From positions 3,392,001 through 3,456,000 of the forward strand of contig OY762463.1 in assembly GCA_963665815.1 (NCBI GenBank): a DNA stretch of 64,000 nucleotides. Reading direction: 5' to 3'. Positions within the stretch are counted from its first letter, which is position 1, and the number at the start of each line of letters is the position of its first letter. Of this stretch, positions 38,887 to 49,861 are shown in pieces. Under the pieces are notes generated by a model. The model did not search any database. It saw only the letters and a program-made list of their open reading frames with translations, and was not told the DNA's origin. This DNA comes from Candidatus Cloacimonadales bacterium. Lineage in GTDB: Bacteria > Cloacimonadota > Cloacimonadia > Cloacimonadales > JAIOQZ01. Both the position numbers and the translations under genes were made by a program.

Positions 38887-39306
38887 CTATTGTACAGCAG
38901 CTGTATTAGTATTATGTAGATATTGTGTAATTGCAGATGTAGTAATTGATGATAATGTTTTGTCTATTTCTAAGGCAAAGAATTTTAAATCCTTTATCAA
39001 CTGTTTATCAATTAATAATGTTAACTTACCTTTATCAACTGGTCTTCTTTTTGCTTTCTTTCTGGTTATCTCTGGTTTACTCATTATTTCCTCCTCATGT
39101 TTTAAAAGTATATTCTCAATATCGACTGTAGCAGTTTCTGCAAGAAACTGGTCAGTAGAGGGATTAATTTTATGTTCACTCAGAAAACCGAAAATTTTAT
39201 CGAAAAATTTTCGAACATTATAATAATCGAAATCGTAGATTTCGGAAGAAAGGGGGATTAGGGGGTTCAAGTAGTTTAAAAAGAGTTTATGTTGGAGTAG
39301 TTCCAA
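38887..39306 (-). CDS. Protein with C-terminal RHH-like (CopG/ParG-like) domain
   Basis: GKLTLLIDKQLIKDLKFFALEIDKTLSSITTSAITQYL; start uncertain. Confidence 0.5.
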   Translation of the reverse strand: MELLQHKLFLNYLNPLIPLSSEIYDFDYYNVRKFFDKIFGFLSEHKINPSTDQFLAETATVDIENILLKHEEEIMSKPEITRKKAKRRPVDKGKLTLLIDKQLIKDLKFFALEIDKTLSSITTSAITQYLHNTNTAAVQ

Positions 39307-39510
39307 GAAGAGGAAGAAAAAGAGAACATTAAGAAGATAAGGGTGAACAGGGGGGATGTGTTGAATTAGGAATCAGTAAAATAACTGCTGTTAGATCAAT
39401 CTGAAATATTTTACTTGACTTATTATAGTTTATGTAAAACAAATCATAAGTTCATACAATGTATGGATTAGACTATAATGTAACAGAATTTTATGGATAA
39501 AGGAAATAGA

Positions 39511-41664
39511 ATGGCAAAGAAAAAAGCGGTGAAACAAGAACCTCTTGAAAAGCAATTATGGAAAGCAGCTGACAAATTAAGAAAGAATATTGATGCAGCA
39601 GAATATAAGCATGTAGTACTAGGTTTGATATTCCTCCGATATATCTCTGATTCTTTTGAAGACTTACATATTAAATTGAAAGAAGGTATTGGGGAGTATG
39701 AAGGAGCTGACCCGGAAGATAAAGACGAATACAAAGCTGAAAATGTTTTCTTTGTTCCACTAAATGCTCGTTGGTCTTACTTACAAAGCAGAGCGAAGCT
39801 ACCTGAAATTGGAAAAGATATTGATGGAGCAATGGATTTGATCGAAAAAGAAAATCCTTCACTCAAGAATGTATTACCAAAAGTCTATGCCAGACAAAAT
39901 CTTGATCCGACAAGTCTCGGTGAATTGATAGATTTAGTCGGTAATATTGCTCTCAGAGACACTAAAAAGAAAAGTGCTGATGTCCTTGGACATGTGTTTG
40001 AATACTTCCTTGGTGAATTCGCTCTTGCAGAAGGTAAAAAAGGGGGACAGTTCTATACACCACGATGCGTTGTTGAACTGCTTGTGCAAATGCTAGAACC
40101 ATATAGAGGACGAGTTCTTGATCCATGCTGTGGTTCTGGTGGAATGTTTGTTCAATCCGAGAAATTTGTGGAAGACCATCAAGGTAACCTTAATAATATC
40201 TCAATATACGGACAGGAAAGCAACCAAACGACCTGGAGATTGGCAAAGATGAACCTTGCAATACGTGGAATTGACTCCTCTCAGGTTAAGTGGAATAATG
40301 AAGGATCTTTCCTCAATGATGCTCATAAAGACCTTAAAGCTGATTTTGTTATAGCGAATCCACCATTTAACTCCAGTGACTGGAGCGGAGAACTACTAAC
40401 AAGTGACGGACGCTGGAAGCATGGAACACCACCAAAAGGTAACGCTAACTATGCCTGGATTCAACATTTCCTCTATCATTTAGCTCCAACAGGACAAGCA
40501 GGATTTGTCCTTGCAAAAGGTGCATTGACATCCAAAACATCCGGTGAAGGTGATATTAGAAAGAATCTGATAGAAGCTAAACTTGTTGATTGTGTAGTTA
40601 ACCTCCCAGCAAAGCTATTTCTTAATACTCAGATTCCTGCTAGTTTATGGTTTTTGAATAGAAACAAAGCTAATGGTGGATTTAGAAACAGAGAAGATGA
40701 AATATTGTTTATAGATGCTCGAAATATGGGACATTTGATTAACAGACGAACTAGAGAGCTATCACATGATGATATAATGGAAATAGCTGATACCTACCAC
40801 AAATGGAAATCCCCTGTGTCCCCTGAAGGGGAAATTAAAGCTCATATGTCCCCTGAAGGGAAAATTAATGGAATAGATGAACAAGAACGTGATAAAAAGA
40901 AACCGTCAGTTCTTAAATCATCAAATCCTGCATTATATATGGAGTTAAATGATAAAGCAGTTAAAATGCGGAATAATCCAACAAAAGCAGAAAGTAAGTT
41001 GTGGAACTTATTACGAGGGAAAAAATTAGGAGTGAAATTCAGGCAACAACATATTGTTAACAAATTCATTGTTGATTTCTGTTCTCTGGAAAAAGCTTTG
41101 ATTATTGAAGTAGATGGAGAAATTCATGAAAAACAAAAAGAAGCTGATTTACTTCGTACTGAAGTTCTGATAAATGAGGGTTATCGAGTAATTAGGTTTA
41201 CTAATGATCAAGTATTGAATGATATCGAAAATGTGTTAGCCACAATCCGAAGTGAATTATTGAAAGCCCCTAAATCCCCTAAAGGGGAAATTAAAGCCCC
41301 TGTGTTTAATGAAAAATCCCCTTTAGGTGAGGAGAAAAATCATTTGTTTAATGAAAAGTCCCCTTTAGGTGAGGAGAAAGATCATTTGTTTGATGAAAAG
41401 TCCCCTTTAGGGGATTTAGGGGCTTACGAAGACATTAAAGGTTATTGTTGTTCAGTTCCGTTAGATAAAGTTAGAGAACTGGATTATGTGCTTACTCCGG
41501 GTAGGTACGTTGGACTTGCAGAAGTAGAAGATGATTTTGATTTTAAAGAACGATTTACATCTCTAAAAGCTGAGTTTGAAGAACAATTAAAAGAAGAAGC
41601 CGTACTTAATAAAAGAATACTGGAAAATCTTTCTAAGATCAAGATGCCGGTAGATGGTAAATAA
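39511..41664 (+). CDS. hsdM: Type I RM methyltransferase with an in-frame DUF559-like endonuclease insertion
   Basis: [37 protein letters not shown]; insert [13 protein letters not shown]...FRQQH...IVDFC...IIEVDGEIH...GYRVIRFTN. Confidence 0.93.
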   Translation: MAKKKAVKQEPLEKQLWKAADKLRKNIDAAEYKHVVLGLIFLRYISDSFEDLHIKLKEGIGEYEGADPEDKDEYKAENVFFVPLNARWSYLQSRAKLPEIGKDIDGAMDLIEKENPSLKNVLPKVYARQNLDPTSLGELIDLVGNIALRDTKKKSADVLGHVFEYFLGEFALAEGKKGGQFYTPRCVVELLVQMLEPYRGRVLDPCCGSGGMFVQSEKFVEDHQGNLNNISIYGQESNQTTWRLAKMNLAIRGIDSSQVKWNNEGSFLNDAHKDLKADFVIANPPFNSSDWSGELLTSDGRWKHGTPPKGNANYAWIQHFLYHLAPTGQAGFVLAKGALTSKTSGEGDIRKNLIEAKLVDCVVNLPAKLFLNTQIPASLWFLNRNKANGGFRNREDEILFIDARNMGHLINRRTRELSHDDIMEIADTYHKWKSPVSPEGEIKAHMSPEGKINGIDEQERDKKKPSVLKSSNPALYMELNDKAVKMRNNPTKAESKLWNLLRGKKLGVKFRQQHIVNKFIVDFCSLEKALIIEVDGEIHEKQKEADLLRTEVLINEGYRVIRFTNDQVLNDIENVLATIRSELLKAPKSPKGEIKAPVFNEKSPLGEEKNHLFNEKSPLGEEKDHLFDEKSPLGDLGAYEDIKGYCCSVPLDKVRELDYVLTPGRYVGLAEVEDDFDFKERFTSLKAEFEEQLKEEAVLNKRILENLSKIKMPVDGK
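40810..41424. mobile_element. REP-like repeat-flanked DUF559 cassette inside hsdM
   Basis: TCCCCTGAAGGG(G/A)A palindromes at 40819 and 40849; 23-bp perfect inverted repeat 41266-41288 / 41401-41423; 42-bp tandem units at 41303, 41345, 41387. Confidence 0.75.
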
Positions 41665-41676
41665 TGGATATAATTT

Positions 41677-41955
41677 ATGTATAATGAGCTGATAACTACA
41701 CAGTCTATCAAAGATAGAATTTTCAATTTGCGTGGAAAACAAGTTATGATAGACAGAGATTTAGCAGAATTGTATAATGTTGAAGTGAAAAGACTAAACG
41801 AACAAGTAAAAAGAAATTTAGATAGATTTCCCGATGAATTTAGATTCCAATTGAATAGTAATGAAAAAAATGAACTGGTCGCAAATTGCGATCGGTTAAG
41901 CAATCTGAAGCATTCTACATCTGATATTGAAAGCAAATTAGGAAGCGAGGTGTAA
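41677..41955 (+). pseudogene. Truncated ORF6N-domain protein
   Basis: RGKQVMIDRDLAELYNVE.KRLNEQVKRN..RFP.EF.FQL; ends before the usual PYAFTE motif. Confidence 0.65.
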
Positions 41956-41958
41956 GTT

Positions 41959-42822
41959 ATGAGTATAATTGATAATTTATCAACTTTTGAAAAGATAAAA
42001 CACATAAATGAATACGATGTTGAATTCTGGTATGCAAGAGAGTTTGCTCAAGCACTTGATTATAGTAAATGGGCAAACTTCGAGAACATTATTAAAAAGG
42101 CTAAAATTGCCTGCAAAACCAGTGGTAACGTGGTTTCCGATCATTTTGCCGACGTCGGCAAAATGATAGATCTTCCTAAGGGAGCAGAAAGAGAAATAAA
42201 TGATGTAGCTCTTTCTCGATATGCTTGCTACCTCATTATGCAAGAAGCTGACTCTCGAAAAAAAGTTGTAGCTTTAGGGAAAACTTACTTTGCCATCCAG
42301 ACAAGAAGACAGGAACTTCAGGATGAATTTGAGCAGATTTCCGAAGATAGAAAGAGACTCGCTATTAGAAATGAATTAAAAGAACACAATAAACAATTAG
42401 CTGATGCTGCCCATAAAGCTGGAATTCAAAACAACATAGAATATGCAGTTTTTCAGAATTTTGGATATATGGGACTTTATGGTGGATTGAAAGCAAAAGA
42501 TATTCATAGAAGAAAAGGGTTGAGGAAAAGTCACAAAATTCTCGATTATATGGGAAGCACAGAACTCGCAGCTAATCTTTTCCGGGCTACCCAAACAGAG
42601 GAGAAATTGCGAAGAGATAATATTAAAGGTAAAGATAATGCCAATAAGACTCATTTGGAAATTGGTAAAAAAGTAAGACAAACTATAAAAGAAATTGGTG
42701 GTACAATGCCTGAAGATTTACCAACACCAAAGAAATCAATAATAAAAATACAAAAAGAAAACTGTATCTCCTCCAATGCTCCACAGTCCAAAATCCACTC
42801 CAATGGAGAAACTGATGAATAA
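41959..42822 (+). CDS. dinD: DNA damage-inducible protein D family
   Basis: FWYARE, LSRYACYLI, YFAIQTRRQE, FQNFGYMGLYGG, MGSTELAANLFRATQT, GGTMPEDLPTP. Confidence 0.9.
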   Translation: MSIIDNLSTFEKIKHINEYDVEFWYAREFAQALDYSKWANFENIIKKAKIACKTSGNVVSDHFADVGKMIDLPKGAEREINDVALSRYACYLIMQEADSRKKVVALGKTYFAIQTRRQELQDEFEQISEDRKRLAIRNELKEHNKQLADAAHKAGIQNNIEYAVFQNFGYMGLYGGLKAKDIHRRKGLRKSHKILDYMGSTELAANLFRATQTEEKLRRDNIKGKDNANKTHLEIGKKVRQTIKEIGGTMPEDLPTPKKSIIKIQKENCISSNAPQSKIHSNGETDE

Positions 42823-44002
42823 TTTTCCAAAAGAATGGAAAGAAGTAAAACTTGGTGATTATATATCTACAAATGACAGCAGTTTGAACAAAAATGATTT
42901 TCACGAGAAGATTCAGTATTTAGATACAGGATCAATTTCCAATAACAATATTGATAAATTACAAGACTTCAACCTCTGGGATGCTCCTAGTAGAGCAAAA
43001 AGACTTGTGGAGAATGAAGACATAATATATTCTTCAGTTAGACCCAATCAGCGACACTATGGATTTATAGAGAATCCTGCGGAAAATTTAGTTGTTTCAA
43101 CTGGATTTGTTGTTATTAAAACAGATAAAAAGGAATTGTATCCTAAATTCTTATATTATTTATTATCTTCTGACGAGTTAACTGAATATCTTCATACAAT
43201 AGCTGAAGCCTCAACCTCAGCATATCCCTCTCTGAAACCAAGTGATATTGAAGCTCTTGAGGTAGCATTTCCTGCCATTAACGAACAAAAAGCTATTGCG
43301 GAGGTTCTTGCCAGTCTGGATGATAAAATAGATTTACTACACAGGCAGAATAAAACCCTTGAGCAAATGGCTGAGATTCTCTTCCGCCAATGGTTTGTTG
43401 AAGAAGCTGATGATAGCTGGGAGGAAGGGAAACTTGGTGATTTTGTCTCAATTATTGATAACAGAGGTAAAACTCCACCTAATCAGAATGAGGAAACACC
43501 ATTTCCATTAATTGAAGTAAATGCACTTGGAAAATTGACACGTATTATTGATTATTCTGTAGTAAGAAAGTATGTTAGTTTAGAGGTGTTTAACACATGG
43601 TTTAGACAGTATTTAAGCAAGTATGACATTTTGCTATCAACAGTAGGAAGTATAGGTGCTATTTCAATGTTTTTATCTGAAGTTGGCAATGTTGCACAGA
43701 ATGTAATAGGTTTGAAAGCACAGAGGCTATCTCCATTGTACTTATACCAAACTTTAAAATACAGAACTGAGGAAATTATGCAATTAGATATTGGTGGAGT
43801 ACAACCAAGTATAAAGGTTCCACATTTGCTAGACTTAATTATATCAATACCTTCAAAAGATAAGCAAGATAATTTCGATGAACTTGCTTATGACTTCGTA
43901 GATCAAATGGAGAAAAATCAACATCAAATTCAAAAACTAAAAAGCCTGAGAGATACTTTGTTACCAAAACTAATGAGTGGAAAAGTGAGAGTTGTCATCT
44001 AA
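42815..44002 (+). CDS. hsdS: Type I RM specificity subunit
   Basis: WKEVKLGD, EQKAIAEVLASLDDKI, LRDTLLPKLMSG; two TRDs. Confidence 0.93.
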   Translation: MNNFPKEWKEVKLGDYISTNDSSLNKNDFHEKIQYLDTGSISNNNIDKLQDFNLWDAPSRAKRLVENEDIIYSSVRPNQRHYGFIENPAENLVVSTGFVVIKTDKKELYPKFLYYLLSSDELTEYLHTIAEASTSAYPSLKPSDIEALEVAFPAINEQKAIAEVLASLDDKIDLLHRQNKTLEQMAEILFRQWFVEEADDSWEEGKLGDFVSIIDNRGKTPPNQNEETPFPLIEVNALGKLTRIIDYSVVRKYVSLEVFNTWFRQYLSKYDILLSTVGSIGAISMFLSEVGNVAQNVIGLKAQRLSPLYLYQTLKYRTEEIMQLDIGGVQPSIKVPHLLDLIISIPSKDKQDNFDELAYDFVDQMEKNQHQIQKLKSLRDTLLPKLMSGKVRVVI

Positions 44003-44016
44003 TCCAAGGAGGAATT

Positions 44017-46614
44017 ATGAGTAGTTTTTGTAGAGGTTCTGAATGGAGAAAATGGGATTTACACGTACATACTCCTTATACTTATCTTAATAAGTATAAG
44101 GCAACAGATGATGAATTTGTGAAGAAAATCATTGAAGAAAAACTCGCAGTAGTAGGATTAACAAACTACTTCAAATTCGATAAAAAAGAGTATGAACTTA
44201 AAAATATACTAGAAGGAAAAGGGATTTGCGTGTTCCTCAATTTGGAACTCAGGTTGACATATCAAAATAAAGAAGACCAATGTTGTGATATTCATATTGT
44301 TTTTGACAATGAATTACCAGAAAGTATTATTAATGATTTTCTTTCAAATTTGACTCTAAAAGTAGACGCAAATGCAGTTAAAGCAAAGGACTTATCCATT
44401 GAGAATGATGGTTTTGCAAAGGCAGTTGTAGAGTTTAATGATTTAATAAGAGTATTAGAAGATGAATCTTTAAGACTAAATAATAAATACTTGATAGGTT
44501 TTCTTTCACGAGGAAAAGGTAATTCACGCTCAAGTAATGCTTATGAAATTATTGCAAGAGAATCTAACATATTAATACATTCATCAGATAATGAGTTAAA
44601 TATTCAAAAAGATAGAGAGTTTTGGCTAGAACATAACAAGCCTTTACTACAATGTAGCGATACTCACGCAATTGAAGACATTGGGTCAAAATATACATGG
44701 ATAAAAGCAGACCCGACATTTGAGGGTTTAAAGCAGATAATCTTTGAGCCAAGAGACAGAATCCACATAGATGATGAAAAACCCGAAAAACATGGCTATC
44801 GTGCTATTGATAAAGTTATATTACGAAAAGATGAGGAAAACTTCTGGGATCAGACAATATGTTTTAACGAAAACCTGAATACTATTATTGGAGGAAGAGC
44901 TACTGGTAAATCAACATTATTGAGTTCTATAGCGAATAGATTTGGAGAAATGATCAATCCAGAAGAATATATTAAAAAGCATAGCGAGAATCTCACAGTA
45001 ATATGGAAAGACGGAGATGAAAATGATAGCAGAGAAGTAGAATTTTTCCCTCAAAATTACATGTATGATTTAGCTAGAAATGACACAGAAAGAAACAGCT
45101 TAATTAATGAAATAATTGAAGAATATGATACAGAAAGTCTTCTAAGTAATTATGTTAAGTTCGTTGAATCAAATAAAAGTAATATTTCTAAAGAAATCTC
45201 TAACTCTTTCAATATAAAAACTGAGATAGATGGAATTAATGAGAAAATTAAAGCTATAGGTGATAAAACGGGAATTTCTAAAGGTATTGAAGAAACAAAG
45301 GCAAAAATTGAAGCCAGTAAAGTTACATTATCTGAAGAAGTTAAAAAGGAATACGAGCGAGTTTCAAACTTAATAAATAACAATGGGAGAAAAATCATTT
45401 CCATTAGTGATGATATTCGTAAAATAGAAAATATTAAGGTATCTGAACTTTATAATACTTCATTAAAATACGATTTTACATCACTATCAGAAAAGTCAAA
45501 AAATAAGATTGAAAAAGTATACACAAAGCTTGTTTCTGAGTTTAAGCAAAAATGGGAAAGTGAAATTGCCAATATAGTTATACAGCTTAATGAGGATAAA
45601 CAGAGATTTATTCAAGATAATGTATCACTTATGAAAAACACTGATTACAAAAGTGGATTAGAGTTTCTTGAGAAAAATAAATATCTCAAAGGATTAGATA
45701 AAATAATAAGTGATGAGACTAAGAAATTGAATGAAATTAATATAGAAGAAAAAAAACGTGAAGAGAAGAAAAAAATCCTTGAAGAAATAATAGACAAAAT
45801 CACCTCTAATGTTAAGGAATATAAGAGCAAAATCGATGAATTAAAACAGAATTTCAGAATTGACCAAAAAGATATACAAATTGGTGTGGAATTTAACCTT
45901 GATGATATAGGCATGACAAGCTTACTATCTAAGAGTTTGAACCTTCGAGGAAATGAAAGACAGGATTTCGTAAGTCAATTTGCTCAAAGCTATAAAGAAA
46001 ATATTGTAAATTGCACAAAAGACTTCTTAATTAAAGCTTTAGATAATAAAGTAGAATATAAGGGTGAATATCTTAAAAAAAACCTTTCAAACTTTCCTGT
46101 AGAACTTATATCCGTAAATTGGTTTGATAAATCGTTTCAGTTAACCTACCAAGGTGATGTATTTGAGAACATGTCACAAGGAAAACAAGCATTTGTTATA
46201 CTCAAATTATTGTTAGAATTTAGTAAGAAGGAATGCCCTATATTGATAGATCAACCAGAGGACAGTTTGGACAATAGAGCGATTTATAATGAGCTAGTAA
46301 AATACTTAGTCAACAAAAAGAAAGAACGTCAAATAATACTTGTTACTCATAATTCAAATGTTGTAGTAAGCTCAGATGCCGAACAAGTCATTGTTGCAAA
46401 TCAACATGGAGAGAAGACACGAAACAAAAGAGGAGTGAAGTTTCAATACTTAACTGGAAGTTTAGAGAATACAAAAGTAAAAACTGTAGTATCAAACACT
46501 GAAGAGGATAAGCAAATCGTTCTAGAAAAACAAGGTGTTCGCGAACATGTTTGCGAAATACTCGAAGGTGGAAATGAAGCCTTTAAAAAAAGGGAAATGA
46601 AATATGGCATCTAA
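44017..46614 (+). CDS. PHP phosphoesterase fused to an SMC/ABC-type ATPase (TrlF/Ppl-like)
   Basis: WRKWDLHVHTP, CSDTH, TWIKADPTFEGLKQI; GGRATGKS, coiled coil, MSQGKQA, ILIDQPED, VTHN. Confidence 0.85.
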   Translation: MSSFCRGSEWRKWDLHVHTPYTYLNKYKATDDEFVKKIIEEKLAVVGLTNYFKFDKKEYELKNILEGKGICVFLNLELRLTYQNKEDQCCDIHIVFDNELPESIINDFLSNLTLKVDANAVKAKDLSIENDGFAKAVVEFNDLIRVLEDESLRLNNKYLIGFLSRGKGNSRSSNAYEIIARESNILIHSSDNELNIQKDREFWLEHNKPLLQCSDTHAIEDIGSKYTWIKADPTFEGLKQIIFEPRDRIHIDDEKPEKHGYRAIDKVILRKDEENFWDQTICFNENLNTIIGGRATGKSTLLSSIANRFGEMINPEEYIKKHSENLTVIWKDGDENDSREVEFFPQNYMYDLARNDTERNSLINEIIEEYDTESLLSNYVKFVESNKSNISKEISNSFNIKTEIDGINEKIKAIGDKTGISKGIEETKAKIEASKVTLSEEVKKEYERVSNLINNNGRKIISISDDIRKIENIKVSELYNTSLKYDFTSLSEKSKNKIEKVYTKLVSEFKQKWESEIANIVIQLNEDKQRFIQDNVSLMKNTDYKSGLEFLEKNKYLKGLDKIISDETKKLNEINIEEKKREEKKKILEEIIDKITSNVKEYKSKIDELKQNFRIDQKDIQIGVEFNLDDIGMTSLLSKSLNLRGNERQDFVSQFAQSYKENIVNCTKDFLIKALDNKVEYKGEYLKKNLSNFPVELISVNWFDKSFQLTYQGDVFENMSQGKQAFVILKLLLEFSKKECPILIDQPEDSLDNRAIYNELVKYLVNKKKERQIILVTHNSNVVVSSDAEQVIVANQHGEKTRNKRGVKFQYLTGSLENTKVKTVVSNTEEDKQIVLEKQGVREHVCEILEGGNEAFKKREMKYGI

Positions 46615-49600
46615 CATAAAAATCACCGAAACAACAATAGAAAACTTTGCCATAGAGCTGCTAGAAGGGCTCGGATACGAATATTTATATGGTCCGGACT
46701 TAGCACCGGAAGGAGACAGACAGGAAAGACAATCTTTTGAAGATGTATTGCTGTTGGACAGGCTGGAAAATGCTATCCGCAGGTTAAATCCTGTATCCAC
46801 AAAAGAAGCCAGGGAAGATGCTTTCAAGCAGGTTTTAAGGCTTAATTCCACAGAGCTTATAAATAGTAACAGAGATTTTCATAAGCTTGTTACAGAGGGT
46901 GTAAATGTCTCTGTAAGGGATAACTCATACGAACGTGGAGACTACATCAAGTTAATTGACTTTGATATTGTTGAGAATAATGAGTTTCTTGTAGTCAATC
47001 AATATACCATTATTGAAGATGGAAAGAATAAACGACCGGATGTAATCTTGTTTGTCAATGGTATACCGCTTGTTGTAATTGAGCTAAAGAATCCTGCAGG
47101 TGAGAAATCCACCGTTAAGTCAGCTTTTAATCAGATTCAAAACTACAAGAAGACAATCCCATCATTATTTACTTATAATGGTTTAATCGTCATTTCGGAT
47201 GGACTGGAAGCAAAAGCAGGATCACTTTCTGCAGGTTATAACAGATTTATGAGCTGGAAAACAGCTGATGGTAAAACAGAAGCATCCAGACTTGTCGGAC
47301 AAATGGAAATCCTTATCAAAGGAATGCTCAATAAGAAAGTTCTCCTTGATTTGATAAGACACTTCATTGTTTTTGAACAAACAAAAAAAGAGGATTATAA
47401 AACAAAGATCACAACTATAGAGGTTGTGAAAAAACTTGCTGCTTACCATCAATACTATGCAGTAAACAAAGCAGTTGAAAGCACAATTCGAGCTGTCAAT
47501 TTATGCGGAGATAGTGTCAGGGAATCGCCTGCTGTATATAACTTACCCAATGTAATGAATCAACCTAAAGGAGACAGAAAAGCAGGGGTTATCTGGCATA
47601 CACAGGGATCAGGAAAGTCACTTTCCATGGTTTTCTACTCGGGGAAGATAGTCCTCAAACTCAATAATCCTACAATTCTTGTTATCACAGACAGGAACGA
47701 CTTGGATGATCAGCTTTTTGATACTTTTGCATCATCTCAACAATTATTGCGTCAAGTACCTGTTCAGGCAGAAAGCCGTGAGCATCTAAAAAAGCTGTTG
47801 AGAGTCTCGAGTGGTGGTGTTGTTTTTTCTACAATACAGAAGTTTCAACCTGAAGCGGGAAATGTGTATGAGAGGCTCTCCAACAGGGAAAATATTGTTG
47901 TAGTAGCTGACGAAGCACATAGAACTCAATATGGATTTAAAGCCAGAAATGTTGATGAAAAAGACTCAGCTGGTAATGTTATAGGTAAGAAAACTGTTTA
48001 TGGTCTGGCAAAATACTTAAGAGATGCTTTACCACACGCAAGTTTTATTGGATTCACCGGAACACCTATTGAGAAAACGGATGTGAACACACCTAAGGTT
48101 TTCGGAAACTATATAGATATATATGATTTTGCTCAGGCAATAGAAGATAAAGCAACTGTACCGATCTATTATGAAAGTCGTTTAGCCAAAGTATTCCTGA
48201 GCGATGAAGGTAAGAAACTAATCAAAGAACTGGATGACCGACTTGATAAAGAGGACATGGAGTTCTCAAAAGAAGTTAAAGCAAAACGAACCAAGTTAAA
48301 TGCATTAATAGGTAGTGATGAGCGAGTAAAACAGGTTGCACTGGATATTGTTAAACATTTTGAGAACAGACAGGAAGTATCATTCGGAAAAGGTATGATT
48401 GTAACATCTGCAAGATGGATTGCAGCTAAGCTATACAGTGAAATCATAAAACTTCGTCCTGAATGGGAACATAAAGATCTTGATAAAGGTTCCCTGAAAG
48501 TTGTAATGACAACATCTTCATCCGATGGAACTAAGTTTGAGAAACATCATACATCTAAATCTGACAGAAAAGTTTTATCAGATAGAATGAAAGATGCAGA
48601 TGATGAACTCAAGTTGGTAATCGTATGCGATATGTGGCTAACAGGATTTGATGTTCCTTGTCTTCATACAATGTACATAGATAAACCTATGAAGGGTCAT
48701 AATCTTATGCAGGCAATAGCAAGAGTTAATAGAGTTTATAAAGATAAGCCCGGAGGATTGATTGTAGATTATCTTGGTATTGCGTCAGATTTGAAAAGAG
48801 CGTTGTCATTTTATAGTGAGAATGGAGGTAAAGGAGACCCGGCAGAAGCCCAGGAACAAGCAGTGAAAATCATGCTTGAAAAACTTGAGGTTGTATCACA
48901 GCTATTACATGGATTCCCGTATGAAGATTATTTTGATGCTGATGTTTCCAGAAAATTGTCAATTATCTTAGAAGCTGAAGAATTTATTCTCCAACTTGAA
49001 AATGGAAAGAAGCGATTCATCTCAGAAGTAACAGCACTTTCAAAAGCATTTGCAATTGCAGTCCCCCATGAAGAAGCAATGGATGTTAAAGAGGAGATAG
49101 CATTCTTCCAGACTGTTAAATCCAGATTAGTTAAATTTGAGCCCAAAGGATCAGGTTTATCTGATGAAGAAATGGAGACAACTATCAAACAGGTTATTGA
49201 TCAAGCTCTTGTTTCAGACAAAGTTATCGATGTCTTTGATGCAGCAGGAATTAAGAAACCTGATATATCTATTCTTTCAGAAGAGTTTCTTCTTGAAGTC
49301 AAAGGCATGAAACATAAAAACGTAGCATTGGAAGTTCTTAAGAAATTACTGAATGATGAGATAAGAATAAGAGCTAAGACCAATATTGTACAGAGTAAGA
49401 CACTTATGGAGATGTTGGAGAATGCAATCCTTAAGTATCAGAACAAGATCATCTCAGCAGTCGAAGTTATTGAAGAGCTGATTAAAATGAGTAAAGAAAT
49501 GCAGAATATGGACAGAGAACCAGAGGAAATGGGATTATCTCCGTTTGAGTATGCATTTTATTCTGCAGTTGCTAACAATGATAGTGCAAAAGAGTTAATG

Positions 49601-49822
49601 GGTAAGGACAAACTAAGAGAACTAGCTGTTGTCTTGTTTGAAAAAGTTCGAAAGAACGCAACAATAGACTGGACAATCAAGGGTAGTGTCAGATCAAAAC
49701 TCAAGGTAATAGTCAAGAGAACTCTCAGACAGTTTGGTTATCCACCGGATATGCAAAAGCTTGCAACCGATACTGTACTTAAACAAGCAGAAAAAATAGC
49801 AGATGAGTTAACAAAAATGTAA
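46604..49822 (+). CDS. hsdR: Type I RM restriction subunit
   Basis: RPDVILFVNGIPLVVIELK, HTQGSGKS, DEAHR, FTGTP, MWLTGFD, QAIARVNR. Confidence 0.95.
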   Translation: MASNIKITETTIENFAIELLEGLGYEYLYGPDLAPEGDRQERQSFEDVLLLDRLENAIRRLNPVSTKEAREDAFKQVLRLNSTELINSNRDFHKLVTEGVNVSVRDNSYERGDYIKLIDFDIVENNEFLVVNQYTIIEDGKNKRPDVILFVNGIPLVVIELKNPAGEKSTVKSAFNQIQNYKKTIPSLFTYNGLIVISDGLEAKAGSLSAGYNRFMSWKTADGKTEASRLVGQMEILIKGMLNKKVLLDLIRHFIVFEQTKKEDYKTKITTIEVVKKLAAYHQYYAVNKAVESTIRAVNLCGDSVRESPAVYNLPNVMNQPKGDRKAGVIWHTQGSGKSLSMVFYSGKIVLKLNNPTILVITDRNDLDDQLFDTFASSQQLLRQVPVQAESREHLKKLLRVSSGGVVFSTIQKFQPEAGNVYERLSNRENIVVVADEAHRTQYGFKARNVDEKDSAGNVIGKKTVYGLAKYLRDALPHASFIGFTGTPIEKTDVNTPKVFGNYIDIYDFAQAIEDKATVPIYYESRLAKVFLSDEGKKLIKELDDRLDKEDMEFSKEVKAKRTKLNALIGSDERVKQVALDIVKHFENRQEVSFGKGMIVTSARWIAAKLYSEIIKLRPEWEHKDLDKGSLKVVMTTSSSDGTKFEKHHTSKSDRKVLSDRMKDADDELKLVIVCDMWLTGFDVPCLHTMYIDKPMKGHNLMQAIARVNRVYKDKPGGLIVDYLGIASDLKRALSFYSENGGKGDPAEAQEQAVKIMLEKLEVVSQLLHGFPYEDYFDADVSRKLSIILEAEEFILQLENGKKRFISEVTALSKAFAIAVPHEEAMDVKEEIAFFQTVKSRLVKFEPKGSGLSDEEMETTIKQVIDQALVSDKVIDVFDAAGIKKPDISILSEEFLLEVKGMKHKNVALEVLKKLLNDEIRIRAKTNIVQSKTLMEMLENAILKYQNKIISAVEVIEELIKMSKEMQNMDREPEEMGLSPFEYAFYSAVANNDSAKELMGKDKLRELAVVLFEKVRKNATIDWTIKGSVRSKLKVIVKRTLRQFGYPPDMQKLATDTVLKQAEKIADELTKM

Positions 49823-49861
49823 ATGCAGAACCTGTTGGTTCTGTTATAGATAGAAGGAGGA

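Noticed and set aside
41303-41423. CRISPR array from the 42-bp periodic repeats
   Set aside because: Tandem near-identical units without unique spacers, in frame inside hsdM
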